Shown here: positions 1 to 9,201 of the stretch, piece by piece
Position numbering within the stretch: the first letter of the stretch is position 1
Layout: every line of letters starts with the position of its first letter
IMG/VR virus record: IMGVR_UViG_3300009702_000016
Coordinates: 1-64,000 of that record
Length of the DNA stretch: 64,000 nt
Direction: 5' to 3' (one strand)
DNA from: a virus
Notes under the pieces: model-generated
The model's database searches: none
What the model was told of the DNA's origin: nothing
Seen by the model: the letters and a program-made list of their open reading frames with translations, nothing else
Made by a program: the position numbers and the translations under genes

Positions 1-555
1 AAGCATGCGAGTAGGGTCATCAGAAAACGTCTTGTCAGGGTCGGACGGGGTATCCATAATCCCCGCCTGTAGGTCCTTCATTCCCTTCCCTGTAAGGTCG
101 ATGATCTCTGCTTTATCGGGTCCGTCAGCTAGTTGGGAAAGACGCCACATCAATGTGTTAAAATTGAACTCTCGCCTTCCCACATCTTTTTTAAGAGTGG
201 CGTGCTCCACCTTATTAGGCTTATACCCCCCTCCTGCGTAGCTCTCGCTTCGGGAGTTGGCGATCTCAATCTGCTCCCCTTGCATGTCGATCCCATCAAG
301 CTCCCAGGGACCAGAAATGGATAGAATCGCAACCCCATATTGGTTCGTCGCTAGGTTGGTCTTTGCGGGTATGACCTTGCTAAGCTCCTGTGCGAACCAC
401 TTAGAGTCTCTTCCTTCTCCTATACTCAAGGCATCGATCACCATGTCGATATCCTTGATGGGCTGCTTGATCACCCAGTTACGGACTGCTCCGCCGACCA
501 CATAGGTGTGCTCAGCGACTCCTAGCCTTTGCGCTTGGCGCGCAAGCCATCGCAT
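1..555 (-). CDS. cca: Class II tRNA nucleotidyltransferase (CCA-adding enzyme / poly(A) polymerase family), N-terminal part, truncated at window edge
   Basis: Translated by hand (absent from the track because there is no stop in the window): MRWLARQAQRLGVAEHTYVVGGAVRNWVIKQPIKDIDMVID...RSESY...DVGRREFNFNTL...IIDLTGKGMKDLQAG...FSDDPTRML. Matches the GGxVR, DxD, RRD(E)FxxN and (E/D)DPxR motifs. May be made as a frameshift fusion (see findings). Confidence 0.9.
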   Translation of the reverse strand, partial: MRWLARQAQRLGVAEHTYVVGGAVRNWVIKQPIKDIDMVIDALSIGEGRDSKWFAQELSKVIPAKTNLATNQYGVAILSISGPWELDGIDMQGEQIEIANSRSESYAGGGYKPNKVEHATLKKDVGRREFNFNTLMWRLSQLADGPDKAEIIDLTGKGMKDLQAGIMDTPSDPDKTFSDDPTRML

Positions 556-597
556 TAACGCTACTTGGCGTTCGTGGCTTGCGCTTGCTCTTTTTTT
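540..597 (-). promoter_or_regulatory. Putative -1 programmed ribosomal frameshift signal (slippery heptamer plus downstream hairpin)
   Basis: Minus strand: CT[A AAA AAA] (597-591), spacer GAGCAA, then GCGCAAGCCA (584-575) pairing perfectly with TGGCTTGCGC (549-540). The -1 frame is the nucleotidyltransferase frame. Confidence 0.7.
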
Positions 598-2573
598 AGG
601 TTTTCGCCCTTCTCTCGCCTCTCCCCATTTCCTTGGGCGGGTCGGGTTCGTATGAGCTTCTGCTGCAGAGCCTTGAACTCTTGCTTCTTCTCCTTGAGCT
701 TCTTACGAACAACGATAATGTCTTTCCTTGCCCGTGGACTCTTTGCCAGGAGTGTGGGCCTATCACCAAGGTATTGCAGCACGCCAAGGACTCTCGCAGA
801 TACCACGACGGTCCTATACATACGAGCTATCGTCTTACCCACCGAGCTACTCGTGAACTCCGCAAAGTCGAACGTCTCCATGGTGTTCTTCATCTGAACG
901 GCGTCTCTGTAGGGCTGAGACTTGGCTGTGCTCAGGTCACTTCCAACAATACCACCTGAATAGAAGTCCTCGATGTTGTCCTTGAGTACTTCCTTCAGAT
1001 CAAAGTCGTCTGACTTGTAGTACTTGCTCGCCTTGTTTACCAGATAGGACATCATTGTTTCGACGTCGTCTTGGACGTCGGTCTCTATTTCGTCCATCTG
1101 CCTCTCGATGGACTTGACCACATCAACCCCTGGAACCTTGTCCTGGACCTTATCAGTCATCTCATACCGGGGATTGTGGGTTTCTGGTTCCTCTCCCGTT
1201 TCTTTCTCCTTTTCCCTCTTTCCGTGAGGCTTGAAGTTACTCTCCTCTTCTGCCTTGAGCTTTTCTTCGAGGGGCACTGACTCTTCCTTCTTCTCCTCCT
1301 TGACCTCCTCCTTGTTCTTCTTCCTTGTAAGCTCCAAGGGGGCAGCTTCTCCTAGGAGAGTATCAATGTGGGAGACGTGAGAACGTACCAGTTTTGGAAA
1401 CTTTTGTATCTTCTCTAGGGCCTCTTCTTTCTTATCATCTGAGAGGGTGGTCCATAGCGTTGATATGTAGTTAACCATATCGAGGGCTCGTGCCACAATT
1501 AGATAGCTTCTGTATGCCTTATACAGCGTCTTTCCCTCATGGCTACGCATCAGATCTCGTGCGGCCAAGAGTGTTCCATCCTTCTTTACCCTTGGAGGCA
1601 TGATCATGTATTTGTAGTTCTCGTACACACTCTTGTCAGTACTGATGGTTTTGGTTTCTTCGGAGGGCATGCTAGGGCTGTAGATACCTTTAACATGCCT
1701 TTTGATAAGCTCGTACAGCTCTTTTTCGTCAGAACCGTAAATCTCTTTCGCCTTGGCTAGCATGTGCTTACGCGCAGACTTAACTAGGGGCTCGATTTCA
1801 TCCTCAGTTGCTTGCAGCTGCCTAACAACAGACTTGACGCCCTCCTCCTCATGTCTACTAGGGTCTGTACTCTCCCTGTTGTCCTTGACTATTTTCTTGC
1901 GGACCAAGCTCTGCATTTTCTCTATGACTTTCTGATCAGGAGTTTTTCCTCTCAGATCCGTCCTGAACTTTCTGACCTCTTTCAGTATGTCGAGAGTCAT
2001 TACTACAGTCTGCGTAAACTCCTGGAATGTATTGGAGTCCTGTTTCGCTCGCATAATGAACTTAGGATTCTGAATCTTGGATAGCAAGGAAGCTAAGTTT
2101 ACTACTTTCTGGTAGAACTCGGTCATATTGGCGGAGTTTCCACTAAAGGCGTCGAAAAGTCTTAACTTCTTTAGCGCCTTCTGGTCATTCATCGCCTTAT
2201 TTAAGTTTGATTCCGAGATTCTTCCGCTTTTCTCGAATATGCTAAGAAGTCGGTCTCCTCCAGGATCCTGCGTTGAAACTACCTCGCTGATAGCCTTTTG
2301 GTCGTGCTTCCCAAAATCCATTGCGCGTGCGGTGTAACCAAGAGAGTCAATCAAATACTGGTAAATCTCCCCTCTCAGGTTTTTAGCAATCCCGAGAGAC
2401 TGCCGCGCAGACTCACTAACCGACTCAGGGTGGATCTCCCCCTCGTCTGCTGCTGTTAAGCAGATGCGGGCGACTCTGAGAACGTCTTGCTCTCGTAAAA
2501 TCCACTGCAGGCGGTCGTTCTGTAGAATTACGTTGGCGGACTTCTCCAACCTAGCTTTCAGCAGTCTGTTCAT
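561..2573 (-). CDS. Hypothetical 670-aa charged, helical/coiled-coil protein (possibly virion-associated)
   Basis: Long ORF. ATG at 2573 is preceded by AGAGGA, which is more likely than the track start at 2657. K/E-rich, no recognisable catalytic motif. Confidence 0.75.
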   Translation of the reverse strand: MNRLLKARLEKSANVILQNDRLQWILREQDVLRVARICLTAADEGEIHPESVSESARQSLGIAKNLRGEIYQYLIDSLGYTARAMDFGKHDQKAISEVVSTQDPGGDRLLSIFEKSGRISESNLNKAMNDQKALKKLRLFDAFSGNSANMTEFYQKVVNLASLLSKIQNPKFIMRAKQDSNTFQEFTQTVVMTLDILKEVRKFRTDLRGKTPDQKVIEKMQSLVRKKIVKDNRESTDPSRHEEEGVKSVVRQLQATEDEIEPLVKSARKHMLAKAKEIYGSDEKELYELIKRHVKGIYSPSMPSEETKTISTDKSVYENYKYMIMPPRVKKDGTLLAARDLMRSHEGKTLYKAYRSYLIVARALDMVNYISTLWTTLSDDKKEEALEKIQKFPKLVRSHVSHIDTLLGEAAPLELTRKKNKEEVKEEKKEESVPLEEKLKAEEESNFKPHGKREKEKETGEEPETHNPRYEMTDKVQDKVPGVDVVKSIERQMDEIETDVQDDVETMMSYLVNKASKYYKSDDFDLKEVLKDNIEDFYSGGIVGSDLSTAKSQPYRDAVQMKNTMETFDFAEFTSSSVGKTIARMYRTVVVSARVLGVLQYLGDRPTLLAKSPRARKDIIVVRKKLKEKKQEFKALQQKLIRTRPAQGNGERREKGENLKKEQAQATNAK

Positions 2574-2756
2574 CTGGGTCCTCTTTGGGCCGACCTGTAA
2601 AATAGTCTTCGTGGGTATATAACACCCAAGCACGACGCAGATAACTGCCGAATACACGAAGGTTTATCACCACTGGGCCGCCCCATTAAAAGGACGACAA
2701 GGTGTATACACCCTAACCCATGCCAGACAGCTAGTTTGGTAGAAAAGAGAAAAAGT

Positions 2757-3098
2757 ATGAAAGACCTAGGAAGAAAAGTAAAGACTCTGGTTCGTAGAAG
2801 GAACTACCTCAAGCGCAGGGTAGACAAGCTGAAGGAAAAGAACACTAGCCAGTCTTATGACGCCGCTGAAATATCGGCCCTGTCGGATGCAATCGAGGTA
2901 ATGTCCCTATATAGGGACTCCATTGATGGAAAGGGAAATGTATACCAAGCGATTGACTTTGCTGCTGAGACCCTCGATGAGGTCCTCAAGTTAGGAACTC
3001 TACCCGATTCCCTTCAGGACAAGGTAGCCTCTTCCATTGATTCCTGCGAGGATAGCTTGGACATCATTGACGGGATGCGCAATGCTTCGCCCTCTTGA
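2757..3098 (+). CDS. Hypothetical protein
   Basis: First ORF of the tightly packed + strand operon; overlaps the start of the next gene. Confidence 0.65.
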   Translation: MKDLGRKVKTLVRRRNYLKRRVDKLKEKNTSQSYDAAEISALSDAIEVMSLYRDSIDGKGNVYQAIDFAAETLDEVLKLGTLPDSLQDKVASSIDSCEDSLDIIDGMRNASPS

Positions 3099-3945
3099 GG
3101 ACATACCAGACCGTTACGTTGTAGTCGATTTCCAGAATACGCTGTGGAAGTCCTGGGCAGTTAAACCAGGAGGAGAGGAGCTAGTACGGGATGACGGCTA
3201 TCCAACGGGGCACGTCTACCGCTTCTTTCGTACCATCCATAAGTGGAAGCGAGACTTCGGAGGAGACCTTGTATTCTGCTACGAGGGAGGGGAAAAGCAT
3301 AGGTTCTCCCTTTTCCCTGGGTACAAAGAGGGTCGTGTAAAGGATCGGGACTTCGATCCCGCTCCTGACGTTAGGCGACTCATCTCCTATCTAGCGTGCA
3401 TCGAGCTTAAGCCGGTTGAGGCTGAGGCAGATGATGCTATAGCCTATTTCGTGCGAAAAAGAGGAAAGGCCAAGCACCTAATACTCAGCAGCGATAAGGA
3501 TTTATGGACGCTAAGGAACGACAACGTTAGCATTGTGTCCTTCCGGGACTTTCTTCAGGAGGACTACGTTCGTAAGTCGTGCAAGAAGAACTTCGGGTGC
3601 GAGATACCGATGTCCATAACGCTGGCCAAGGCGCTGTATGGGGATAGCAGTGACCGGATCCCCGGTGTCCCTCGGCTTCTTAAAAAGCACGTTGCACATG
3701 TTCTAGAAAAGGCCAATACTCCTGAAGAGTTCTATGCTAACCTAGAGGGTGTACCCCCGAAGACAGTGACTAAGCTGCTGGAGTACAAAGAACAAGTCTC
3801 ATTGATGTACGAGGTTGTAAAGCTAAGACCAGAAGTTCGAGTTAAGAGAAGATCGAGAGCAGGAGACGTTGAAGGACTAAAGAGTTTCCTTCGTGAGTTC
3901 TCGTGCTTGTCGTTGTTGAGCCAAGCAGAGTTTATGGCAACATGA
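3082..3945 (+). CDS. Stand-alone 5'-3' exonuclease / flap endonuclease (PolA N-terminal-like)
   Basis: Motifs VVVDFQN, YPTGHVYRF, RFSLFPGYKEGR, EADDAIA, SSDKDLW and H3TH motif LYGDSSDRIPGV. Confidence 0.92.
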   Translation: MLRPLEDIPDRYVVVDFQNTLWKSWAVKPGGEELVRDDGYPTGHVYRFFRTIHKWKRDFGGDLVFCYEGGEKHRFSLFPGYKEGRVKDRDFDPAPDVRRLISYLACIELKPVEAEADDAIAYFVRKRGKAKHLILSSDKDLWTLRNDNVSIVSFRDFLQEDYVRKSCKKNFGCEIPMSITLAKALYGDSSDRIPGVPRLLKKHVAHVLEKANTPEEFYANLEGVPPKTVTKLLEYKEQVSLMYEVVKLRPEVRVKRRSRAGDVEGLKSFLREFSCLSLLSQAEFMAT

Positions 3946-3952
3946 GGAAGAC

Positions 3953-4285
3953 ATGACAAAAAACGAAGAAGAAGAAGAAGACGAGAGATTTACGGTGATC
4001 GTAGACCTCCTTAGTCACATGTGCGATGAACTCGTGGATGATCCTAAGTCCTTGACATTTAACTCGGCTTACACGGGTGTGACAGGTGTCATCGAAGTCG
4101 TAGGGCCACAGAATGAGGTTAGCAAGATATTCGGAGCACACAAGGCAACGATCATGGCCATCGAAACTGTGATTAGAAATGTCGCAGCGAAGAATGGATT
4201 TCGTATTCTTATCAACATACTGAACGACGAACGTAAAAAGGACCTTCAAAGTAAGTCGGTCTCCTTTTACGAGGACGAAGACTGA
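3953..4285 (+). CDS. KhpA-like single KH-domain RNA-binding protein
   Basis: LVDDP...VIEVVGPQNEVSKIFGAHKATIMAIETVIRNVAAKNGFRILINI parallels KhpA (LVDxP...D.GKVIGKxGRT..AIRT....A.K...RV.vEI). Confidence 0.75.
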   Translation: MTKNEEEEEDERFTVIVDLLSHMCDELVDDPKSLTFNSAYTGVTGVIEVVGPQNEVSKIFGAHKATIMAIETVIRNVAAKNGFRILINILNDERKKDLQSKSVSFYEDED

Positions 4286-4288
4286 GAT

Positions 4289-4747
4289 ATGGCACCTAGA
4301 GAAAGAGCAGACTTGATCCTGAAGATCAAGACACTAAACGAAAACGCGGTTATCCCCGAACAAGCCACGTCAGGGGCTGCGGGCTTCGACTTGTGCTCCG
4401 CCGAGGAGGGGATCATAAGGATAGCAACGGGACAAAGAGCGGTGATCGACACAGGAATCGCCCTAGAAATCCCCCATGGGTACGAGGGGCAAGTTCGCCC
4501 CAGAAGTGGACTGGCTGCCCGAAATGGGATCACGGTGCTAAATTCTCCAGGAACAATTGACTCGGACTATCGCGGTGCTGTAAAGGTAATCTTGTACAAC
4601 ACAGGACCCACCTTCGAAGTCAATAAAGGGGACCGAATCGCGCAACTCGTGATCTCTAAAGTTCCAAAGTTGATAAGGTTTCAGAAGGTGAAGACCCTCT
4701 CTGACACGGAACGAGGAGAAGGAGGTCTAGGGTCAACAGGAAAGTAA
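4289..4747 (+). CDS. dut: dUTP diphosphatase (trimeric dUTPase)
   Basis: Conserved motifs AAGFDL, RPRSGLA, GTIDSDYRG, GDRIAQL and RGEGGLGSTG. Confidence 0.97.
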   Translation: MAPRERADLILKIKTLNENAVIPEQATSGAAGFDLCSAEEGIIRIATGQRAVIDTGIALEIPHGYEGQVRPRSGLAARNGITVLNSPGTIDSDYRGAVKVILYNTGPTFEVNKGDRIAQLVISKVPKLIRFQKVKTLSDTERGEGGLGSTGK

Positions 4748-4750
4748 CTG

Positions 4751-6445
4751 ATGAGCAAGAAAGACCCATCCTGCGTACTCAATAGTCAGCTATGGGTCCC
4801 CACAGACCTTGTCACCCGCAAGGCAGAGAAGGACTTTACGTACACCTTCGACAAGGTGGAATACCAGCCAAAGGTAGACCTCCCTCGAATGTGCATGAAC
4901 TGTGACTTGTGGGGAAAGAAGTGGCGTCCAGGAAAGACGACGTGCGAGTCTAAGGGATACTCGGTGGATGACTTGTGCAAAGACTTCACGCACAAGAAGG
5001 AACCAATCCATATCAAGAGCACTCTTAAGACGTACAAGCACCGCTCCGATGGCTGGTCCATATTCTCACGGGGGGATCTATCGAAAATCAAGAAGCACTT
5101 TGCTTCCCTAGGGATAGAAGACCAGAGATCTGCTCCTAGGCTTCCTTTCAAACTCGTTTGCCACCGGGACCTGTATCCTGAACAGGAAGAAGTCGCACAG
5201 CAGTGGCTGGATCACCGATACGGCATCATAAAAGCGCCTACCGGATGGGGCAAAACTGTTCTGTGGGCGTGGCTTGTGGCGAAGCTGCAGATGAAGACAC
5301 TGCTGTTTGCTCAGGAGGTTCGACATCTGATGGTGGGCCTGGAGGGGCTCTACGAGCACACGAACATCGCAGAGCTTGAGGAAGAGGCAGGAGAGCACCT
5401 GATAGGCGTCCTAGAGAAGGATTGGGAGTGGAGGACGGACAGCGACGGAACGAGGCACAGGCACTTCCTGAAGCGGCCTGGGAAGACCTATCCGATCATG
5501 TTCGCCACGTTCCAATCGCTAGCCTCGAAGAAGGGCAAGAAGCTACGTAAGAAAATCAAGAACGACTACGGGCTTGTTTGGCATGAGGAGGGGCATCACT
5601 CCTCAGCGAAGACGTTCTACAAGGCAGCCCGTGCATTCAATCCCAAGTACCGGGGAGGGCAGACCGCTACTCCTACGCGAAAAGACAAGACTCACGTTGC
5701 CATATACGACCTTATCGGTCCTGTTACTGCAACCGGAACGAAGGAGCAGATGACTCCTGAGGTCGAGTTCCATGCCTCGAACATTCTAGTTCCAGACAGT
5801 GTGTTTCGACGGCAATACGTTATGCCAATTCTGGTCAACTTTCTAGCTTCAAATGCAGTCTATCAAGAGCTGTTGTACGAGACCATCATCTCGGACATTG
5901 AGGAGGATAGAAAGATCCTCGTCATCACAGAGCGAAAGAAACATGCCCTTAATCTGCAGAGCAAGCTTAAGTTGGAGGGCTTCGGCTGCGAGTTGATGAT
6001 GGGAGGGATGAAGCTCAAGGAGCAAAACTGGTACGCAGAGAAGCTGCTATCCGGTGATATCTCCGTGATCATCGGAACAAGCGTGATCAATGAGAACGTG
6101 AACATCCCGCCCTGGGACACGATACACCTGCCCTTCCCCAACTTTGGTAAGGAGAGGGAGGAGCAGCGAGTCGGACGAATCCGCCGATACCTGTCAGGGT
6201 CCAACAAGGAATACCTGCGTGAAAACGGGATCGAATGGGAGAAGCCAACACCTAGGGTTCACGTATACACATGGCATTCCAGCAATGACATGGCAGAGAA
6301 GGAAGTAAACTTACGAAAGAACCTGTACAAAAGCTGGGGGTTTGAGTTCTCCGCAGGGGCCGAAGCGGAGAGCAAAAAGAAGAGAAGGCCAAAAACAATG
6401 AAAGACTGGTTAAAAGACTGTGGAGAGGATGACAACGATGAGTAA
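4751..6445 (+). CDS. Superfamily 2 (UvsW/XPB-like) DNA helicase
   Basis: Walker A APTGWGKT, motif II variant HEEGHH, motif III TATPTRKD, motif VI QRVGRIRR. Cys cluster near the N-terminus. Confidence 0.88.
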   Translation: MSKKDPSCVLNSQLWVPTDLVTRKAEKDFTYTFDKVEYQPKVDLPRMCMNCDLWGKKWRPGKTTCESKGYSVDDLCKDFTHKKEPIHIKSTLKTYKHRSDGWSIFSRGDLSKIKKHFASLGIEDQRSAPRLPFKLVCHRDLYPEQEEVAQQWLDHRYGIIKAPTGWGKTVLWAWLVAKLQMKTLLFAQEVRHLMVGLEGLYEHTNIAELEEEAGEHLIGVLEKDWEWRTDSDGTRHRHFLKRPGKTYPIMFATFQSLASKKGKKLRKKIKNDYGLVWHEEGHHSSAKTFYKAARAFNPKYRGGQTATPTRKDKTHVAIYDLIGPVTATGTKEQMTPEVEFHASNILVPDSVFRRQYVMPILVNFLASNAVYQELLYETIISDIEEDRKILVITERKKHALNLQSKLKLEGFGCELMMGGMKLKEQNWYAEKLLSGDISVIIGTSVINENVNIPPWDTIHLPFPNFGKEREEQRVGRIRRYLSGSNKEYLRENGIEWEKPTPRVHVYTWHSSNDMAEKEVNLRKNLYKSWGFEFSAGAEAESKKKRRPKTMKDWLKDCGEDDNDE

Positions 6446-7079
6446 CAACAATACAACAATGTACTTCAGCATTGATATCGAGACAGATGGACCCATTCCT
6501 TTTGACTACTCGATGCTGTCCTTTGGTGTAGTTGCCTTTGAGGCTGACGGCACCGTTCGAGGAACGTACGAAGCTAACCTAGACCGAATCCCAGGGGCAC
6601 AGCAACACCCCGATACCATGAAGAACTTCTGGGAGAAGAATCCTGAGGCATGGGAGTACTGCACGTCAAACACCCGACCTGCAAAAGAAGTGATGCCTGA
6701 GTTTGATGCATGGGTTCGGGACCTAACTGTAGATAGGCGTAGGTCGGCCATATGCTACCCGTCAGGGTTCGACTTCACCTTCCTGTTCCCTTATCTCATG
6801 CGCTACTCGGGCTCTAGCCCGTTCATGTTCTCATGCATCGATGTGAGATCTTATGTGTCGGGGATGAGAAACTGCGAGTATAGTAAGGCAGGAAAGTCCT
6901 ACTGGCCGAAGCGCTGGAAGAACAAGTCCCTGAAGCACACCCATAAGGCAATCGATGACGCAGTGGAGCAGGGATTGTCTTTTCTGAAGATCAGAACGGA
7001 GAACGTATCCGGTGTGCAAGACATCGACGCCGTTGAAAGCAAATACCTAGAAACGCTGAAGAGCTTCAGGAACGAGTAG
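6438..7079 (+). CDS. DEDDh 3'-5' exonuclease/exoribonuclease
   Basis: SIDIETDG, GFDF and HKAIDDA motifs. Start refined to ATG 6438. Confidence 0.85.
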   Translation: MSNNNTTMYFSIDIETDGPIPFDYSMLSFGVVAFEADGTVRGTYEANLDRIPGAQQHPDTMKNFWEKNPEAWEYCTSNTRPAKEVMPEFDAWVRDLTVDRRRSAICYPSGFDFTFLFPYLMRYSGSSPFMFSCIDVRSYVSGMRNCEYSKAGKSYWPKRWKNKSLKHTHKAIDDAVEQGLSFLKIRTENVSGVQDIDAVESKYLETLKSFRNE

Positions 7080-7080
7080 A

Positions 7081-7647
7081 ATGCGCTCTGGTCGTAGAAC
7101 CCAGGATTACCACTTTATCAAGACGGAGAGGGATGCCCTCTACTATGCAGCAGAGATCCCCTCCGTTGCTTGGGGTCCCCCTCCAAAAGAAGTAAATCCT
7201 CCCTTCAAGGTGATCGTAGCTGACAGCTACACTGTCACTCCCAAGGAGCAGAAGAAGTGGTTCGATTCCCTGTGGGAAGGGGAGATGTTCAGTGTTCCTT
7301 ACCTGATCATCGTGTCCTCTGACGAGGATGACAGTGTGGCGGTGTCCCTAGGATACAACCTGATGAAGAAAGCCCTAGAGAATAATCGTGTACAGATTAC
7401 TGGGTCCGCTGGAATCAAAGAGGAGGAGACGAACGAAGAGACCGTCTTCATGCTCACCAATCTATACAGCGAAGCACCCGAAGAAAGGATTCAGAAAGTG
7501 CGTGACTGGTGTTACAGGCATAAGGACTGTTTCCGTATACTCTGCTCCGCAGGAGACCCCGCAGTGCTCGTAAGACGCCTTCATTTGAGGTTCAACGCAG
7601 TGTTTTCAGTGGAATCAGTACGACACGAGGAGCACAGTTTCGTATGA
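7081..7647 (+). CDS. Hypothetical protein, possibly a degenerate DnaC-like helicase loader
   Basis: Overlaps the dnaB start (ATGA). Alpha/beta pattern without an intact P-loop. Function is inferred from position only. Confidence 0.45.
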   Translation: MRSGRRTQDYHFIKTERDALYYAAEIPSVAWGPPPKEVNPPFKVIVADSYTVTPKEQKKWFDSLWEGEMFSVPYLIIVSSDEDDSVAVSLGYNLMKKALENNRVQITGSAGIKEEETNEETVFMLTNLYSEAPEERIQKVRDWCYRHKDCFRILCSAGDPAVLVRRLHLRFNAVFSVESVRHEEHSFV

Positions 7648-8972
7648 AGATCATTCGTCCGAAGGCCGAAGAGAAGGCCATCCTGTCCATCCTACAGGGG
7701 TCTTCCAAGGTAAAGACCGAGCTTCTCGGAACCCTGTCTGCCGATCATTTTGGGTATACCCCAATGCACGCAGCGTTCCGTGCCATTGAGAGAATGCTCG
7801 TTACTTCTGCACTCGACCTGCCTTCGATGGAGACTTTCCTGAGCCACCCTGACCTAGATCAGGAGTCAGTGGCTATTCTTGGGTCCCCTACAGTGAGTCC
7901 GATTCGGAATGTTGACGATGCGAAGCGTCTAGTGCACATGCTAGACCATTACCGAATTGTTCGTACCTACTACACTTTCAGTTCGAACACCCTAAAAAGG
8001 ATGGAGGAAGAAGACAAGATAAACCTCACTGAACTCACTGACGACATGGAAGAGTGTCTGTCTACGATGAGGTCAGACGTGGGTGAGGTCCCTCTCTATC
8101 ATGTAGGAAGAGGAGTCAAGGACGAAGAGGCTGACGTACTGATGACCGAAGTGTTCGACAATAAGCCTGTTAAATTGATAGCGAGCACGTTCAACAACTT
8201 TGATTCTCGGACGGGAGGCTTCGGTACAACCGATCTGTTCATCCCTGCTTCCCACAAGAAGGGAGGCAAGTCCATCATGACTCTCAACATGGCAGCCAAC
8301 ATTCATATGAATGGCCATGATGTGATCTACATTCCCTTAGAGATGAACAAGCAAGAGACTGCAGAACGAATCATCTCTATGCTCTCTGGCGTAGAGCACA
8401 CCAAAATCCGAACGAAGAGTACGACCGCGATGGAGTACTCGAAGATGGGCAAGACCTGGAAGAGATTCAAACTTCGAGGAAGAAAGAAGAAGAATCGATT
8501 CACAGTGTGGCCGACCTCGCATACCAGCGTTAGCCATCTTAGAATCAAGCTAAAGCCCTTCAGGTATAATGTTATAGTAATCGACTACATTAACCTGCTA
8601 GATCACCCCAATAGCCATAAGATGCAAGACTGGCAGAAGCTAAACGACCTTGCACGAGAGTTGAAGCTCATGGCGAAGGATCTGAACGCCCTAGTGATTG
8701 CCCCGACACAGATGAACGAGGATGGAAGCCTACGGTATGCTCGTGGACTTGCGGAGCACGCAAATACCGTGTGGACGTGGAAGTATGGGGAAGAAGAGAA
8801 GGGAACACACATCCTAGCCATAGACCAACCTGCGGTACGTGGGTGGGCTCCGTTCAAATTTTTCCTGATGGAGGACTTCTCAAGAATGAAAGTTGTCGAC
8901 CATCTGGGAGGGGATCCTGACATGGACGTCGGCTCTCCTGTAAAGGTAAACAGTATGAAGGGACTAAAGTAA
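7644..8972 (+). CDS. dnaB: DnaB-like replicative helicase
   Basis: N-terminal AEEKAIL...L.ADHF; P-loop variant SHKKGGKS; IPLEMN; VIDYINLL; ARELKLMAKDLNALVIAPTQMN. Confidence 0.9.
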   Translation: MKIIRPKAEEKAILSILQGSSKVKTELLGTLSADHFGYTPMHAAFRAIERMLVTSALDLPSMETFLSHPDLDQESVAILGSPTVSPIRNVDDAKRLVHMLDHYRIVRTYYTFSSNTLKRMEEEDKINLTELTDDMEECLSTMRSDVGEVPLYHVGRGVKDEEADVLMTEVFDNKPVKLIASTFNNFDSRTGGFGTTDLFIPASHKKGGKSIMTLNMAANIHMNGHDVIYIPLEMNKQETAERIISMLSGVEHTKIRTKSTTAMEYSKMGKTWKRFKLRGRKKKNRFTVWPTSHTSVSHLRIKLKPFRYNVIVIDYINLLDHPNSHKMQDWQKLNDLARELKLMAKDLNALVIAPTQMNEDGSLRYARGLAEHANTVWTWKYGEEEKGTHILAIDQPAVRGWAPFKFFLMEDFSRMKVVDHLGGDPDMDVGSPVKVNSMKGLK

Positions 8973-8978
8973 CAAGCA

Positions 8979-9200
8979 ATGCCGAAAGACGATCATATAC
9001 ACCTATCTGGCTCCGTAGAAAAAGTGCATCCGGGAGGCCAGTTCAGTGTCTCCTTAGAAAACGGTAATACCGTAACCGCAAGACTTTGCGGGAAGATGCG
9101 AAAGAACCGAATCCATGTGATTCTTGGTGACAAAGTGGATGTCGCTTTGTCCCCCTACGATCTTTCGCATGGCTTTATCACATTCCGACACAAGGTGTAA
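8979..9200 (+). CDS. infA: Translation initiation factor IF-1
   Basis: 73 aa; F.V.LENG..V.A.LCGKMRKNRIHVILGDKVDVALSPYDLSHGFITFR is the IF-1 signature. Confidence 0.95.
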   Translation: MPKDDHIHLSGSVEKVHPGGQFSVSLENGNTVTARLCGKMRKNRIHVILGDKVDVALSPYDLSHGFITFRHKV

Positions 9201-9201
9201 C

